A stretch of DNA of 37,635 bases from a virus (taxonomy: Duplodnaviria; Caudoviricetes), in IMG/VR virus record IMGVR_UViG_3300026266_000007, positions 1 to 37,635 of that record. One strand, 5' to 3'. Position numbers and translations under genes: made by a program. The notes under the pieces are model-generated. The model worked only from the letters and a program-made list of their open reading frames with translations. It did no database searches and was not told the DNA's origin. The stretch's first letter is position 1. Every line of letters begins with the position of its first letter. Positions 35,689 to 37,635 of this stretch are shown in pieces.

Positions 35689-36112
35689 GATAGGTAAAGC
35701 TAAGATTGCAGCCATAGAACAGATTGGCGAAGATGAAGTGTTGGAGCGTATTTCTACCGGCACTTCAGTTCGCACGTTAATGAGGGAGTTTAACATTGGT
35801 TATAAACTATTTGCTATGTGGTTAGATGCTGCCGGTGGAAGACGTGGCAGATATGAACAGGCGTTAAATGAAGCTGGTCATTATTATGCTGAGCGTGCAG
35901 TTGATACAGCGCAAACAGCTCAGCCTGAAGATGTTAATGTGTCGAGGTTAAAGGTTGATACTGATAAGTGGATAGCAAGTAAGCTTAACTCTAAGTATGA
36001 TACTCGACAACGTGACGTGGCTATAAACATAAGTGTCAATGACTTACACGCGCAAGCAGCGGAGCTATTAGATAGCGTTATCGAAGGTGAAGCGGAAGAG
36101 ATTGAACGGTGA
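35678..36112 (+). CDS. terS: Terminase small subunit (Sf6 gp1-like)
   Basis: ERISTGTSVRTL HTH, YEQA, RLKVDTDKWIASKLN.KY; upstream of TerL. Confidence 0.85.
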   Translation: MVGKIGKAKIAAIEQIGEDEVLERISTGTSVRTLMREFNIGYKLFAMWLDAAGGRRGRYEQALNEAGHYYAERAVDTAQTAQPEDVNVSRLKVDTDKWIASKLNSKYDTRQRDVAINISVNDLHAQAAELLDSVIEGEAEEIER

Positions 36113-36151
36113 TTTCGCACACTAAATCACACTCGCGCAGGCGCGTGCGCG

Positions 36152-36281
36152 TGCCGCAATGCGGCATAAATGTCAACTTTCAGCCCATTTTTAGCCATTT
36201 TATGCTGCAACTGCGAAGAAATAGGCCCAGAATTAACATAATACATATTATGCGAAAACATATTTTCTGCGGTGCAGCATA
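36152..36281. promoter_or_regulatory. Three TATGCYGCA-N2/3-GCR boxes (PhaR-like) around the dif site
   Basis: 36152-36168 (-), 36201-36215 (+), 36268-36281 (-). Confidence 0.45.
36231..36258 (-). other. dif: XerC/XerD dif-like recombination site
   Basis: TTTTCGCATAA-TATGTA-TTATGTTAATT; 22/28 identical to E. coli dif (XerD arm 10/11, XerC arm 8/11, 6-bp spacer); intergenic. Confidence 0.88.
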
Positions 36282-36373
36282 TATGATTTTGACCCCCCCC
36301 TTTTTCAGCGCCGGTCGGCGCAAATGCACAGGTCCTCCCCACACATCCCATAAAAAAATTTTAGGATAATCAC

Positions 36374-37635
36374 ATGGAACAAAATGTTAACAATAACCCC
36401 TTCGTAGAGCTGATGAAGCGCTACCGAAATGACCCCGTTAAGTTCGCCATCGAAGTGATAGGCATTGAGCCCGACGATTGGCAAAAGGAATTGCTACGGG
36501 AAGTCGCCAACCCAAAGACTAGGCGCGTCAGTTGTCGCTCTGGGCACGGGGTAGGTAAGTCAACGGCTGTTGCTATGGCTGCCGTGTGGCACGTTTTAAT
36601 GCGCGTACCTTCGAAGACAGTTGTGACAGCCCCCACGTCGGCCCAGCTTTTTGACGCCTGCTTCGCAGAAATGAAAAATGTAGCCAAGCGCCTGAAAAAG
36701 CCTTTTAACGATTTACTGGAAATCAAGAGTGACCGTATTGAGCTCAAGAGCCAGCCACAGAGCACGTTTATATCGTGCCGGACGTCTAGGCAGGAACAGC
36801 CGGAGGCGCTGGCAGGAGTTCACTCAGAAAATGTGCTATTATTAGCCGACGAAGCCAGCGGCATACCGGCCAGCGTTTTCGAAGCAGCCAGCGGTAGTAT
36901 GTCGGGACACAACGCGACGACTGTTTTGACCGGCAACCCCACACGTAACACTGGCTTTTTTTACGACACACACAACCGCCTGAAGGAAGATTGGCACACG
37001 ATGCACGTTAGCTGCGTTGATAGCCCTCGCGTCGCCGACGACTTTGTCAGCGACATGGAGAAGCGCTACGGGCAGGATAGTCCGGCGTTCCATGTGCGCG
37101 TGCTTGGAAATTTTCCACCGTCAGAAGAGGACACAGTTATTCCCGTGGCCTTGATTGACCACGCCATGAACAACGACATAAAGATCCACGAGGATACCGT
37201 GGCCGTGTGGGGCCTCGACGTAGCACGTCAGGGCATGGATAGCTCCGTTTTGTGCAAGCGTCAGGGCCCCGTTATTCATCCGTTAACTGTCTGGCGTAAC
37301 CTCGACTTGATGCAGTTGACCGGCGCCGTAAAGGCTGAGTACGACGCCATGCAGCCTTCGAAGAAGCCGGCTGAGATTATTGTCGATAGCAACGGGTTCG
37401 GCGCCGGCGTTTTAGACCGGTTGCGTGAGCTGGGTCTGCCAGCGCGTGGTTTAAACGTGTCCGAGCGTGCCCTACAGAAAGACACGTATTTAAATTTACG
37501 CGCTGAGCTGTGGTTTAAGGTGAAGGCTTGGCTAGAAGGTATGGACGTCAAGCTGCCCCGTGACGACGCTCTGTGGGCTGAGCTGGCAGCTCCACGCTAT
37601 CACTTTACCAGCGCCGGCAAGCTGCAAGTCGAAAG
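36374..37635 (+). CDS. terL: Terminase large subunit, partial (runs off window end)
   Basis: Read by eye, not in the ORF track: MEQNVNNNPF...DDWQ...RSGHGVGKS (Walker A), VTAPT, LLLADEASG (Walker B), LTGNPTR, WGLDVAR nuclease motif. Confidence 0.96.
   Translation, partial: MEQNVNNNPFVELMKRYRNDPVKFAIEVIGIEPDDWQKELLREVANPKTRRVSCRSGHGVGKSTAVAMAAVWHVLMRVPSKTVVTAPTSAQLFDACFAEMKNVAKRLKKPFNDLLEIKSDRIELKSQPQSTFISCRTSRQEQPEALAGVHSENVLLLADEASGIPASVFEAASGSMSGHNATTVLTGNPTRNTGFFYDTHNRLKEDWHTMHVSCVDSPRVADDFVSDMEKRYGQDSPAFHVRVLGNFPPSEEDTVIPVALIDHAMNNDIKIHEDTVAVWGLDVARQGMDSSVLCKRQGPVIHPLTVWRNLDLMQLTGAVKAEYDAMQPSKKPAEIIVDSNGFGAGVLDRLRELGLPARGLNVSERALQKDTYLNLRAELWFKVKAWLEGMDVKLPRDDALWAELAAPRYHFTSAGKLQVE

Noticed and set aside
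36109-36369. ORFs 36109-36369 (+) and 36127-36351 (-)
   Set aside because: Unprotein-like composition and homopolymer runs; the region is better explained as cis-acting DNA (dif, boxes, possible pac)
36421-37551. Four minus-strand ORFs
   Set aside because: Shadows of terL, which the ORF track missed because it has no stop in the window
32220-37635. Higher GC in primase and terL as evidence of recent horizontal transfer
   Set aside because: Visual impression only; these genes share the apparent GANTC avoidance of the rest of the genome and no boundary or mobile element is visible

Overview
Near-complete, circularly permuted genome of a marine-type podovirus with P22/SU10-like morphogenesis, probably infecting an alphaproteobacterium (inferred from CtrA-like boxes and apparent GANTC avoidance). 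Order: leftward accessory genes and an HNH nuclease (1-1274); putative virion-associated proteins including an ART-PolyVal-like ADP-ribosyltransferase; portal, scaffold and capsid; an array of paralogous tail-fibre/chaperone cassettes; tail hub; three ejection proteins; a leftward lysis cluster; early genes separated by repeated hairpins; RHH regulator, RuvC, RecE-like nuclease, SSB-like protein and primase-helicase; a putative origin; TerS; and a partial TerL. I recognise no integrase, DNA polymerase, RNA polymerase, tRNA or CRISPR. The most striking signals are non-coding. (1) A near-canonical 28-bp XerC/XerD dif site lies between terS and terL, flanked by three PhaR-like boxes. (2) Five TTAA-N7-TTAAC-type (CtrA-like) boxes sit upstream of small accessory or regulatory genes, three of them over predicted promoters. 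(3) Two promoter-and-terminator-bounded small RNAs have pyrimidine loops complementary to the phage's own ribosome-binding regions. Protein calls come from motif recognition only; no database searches were run.
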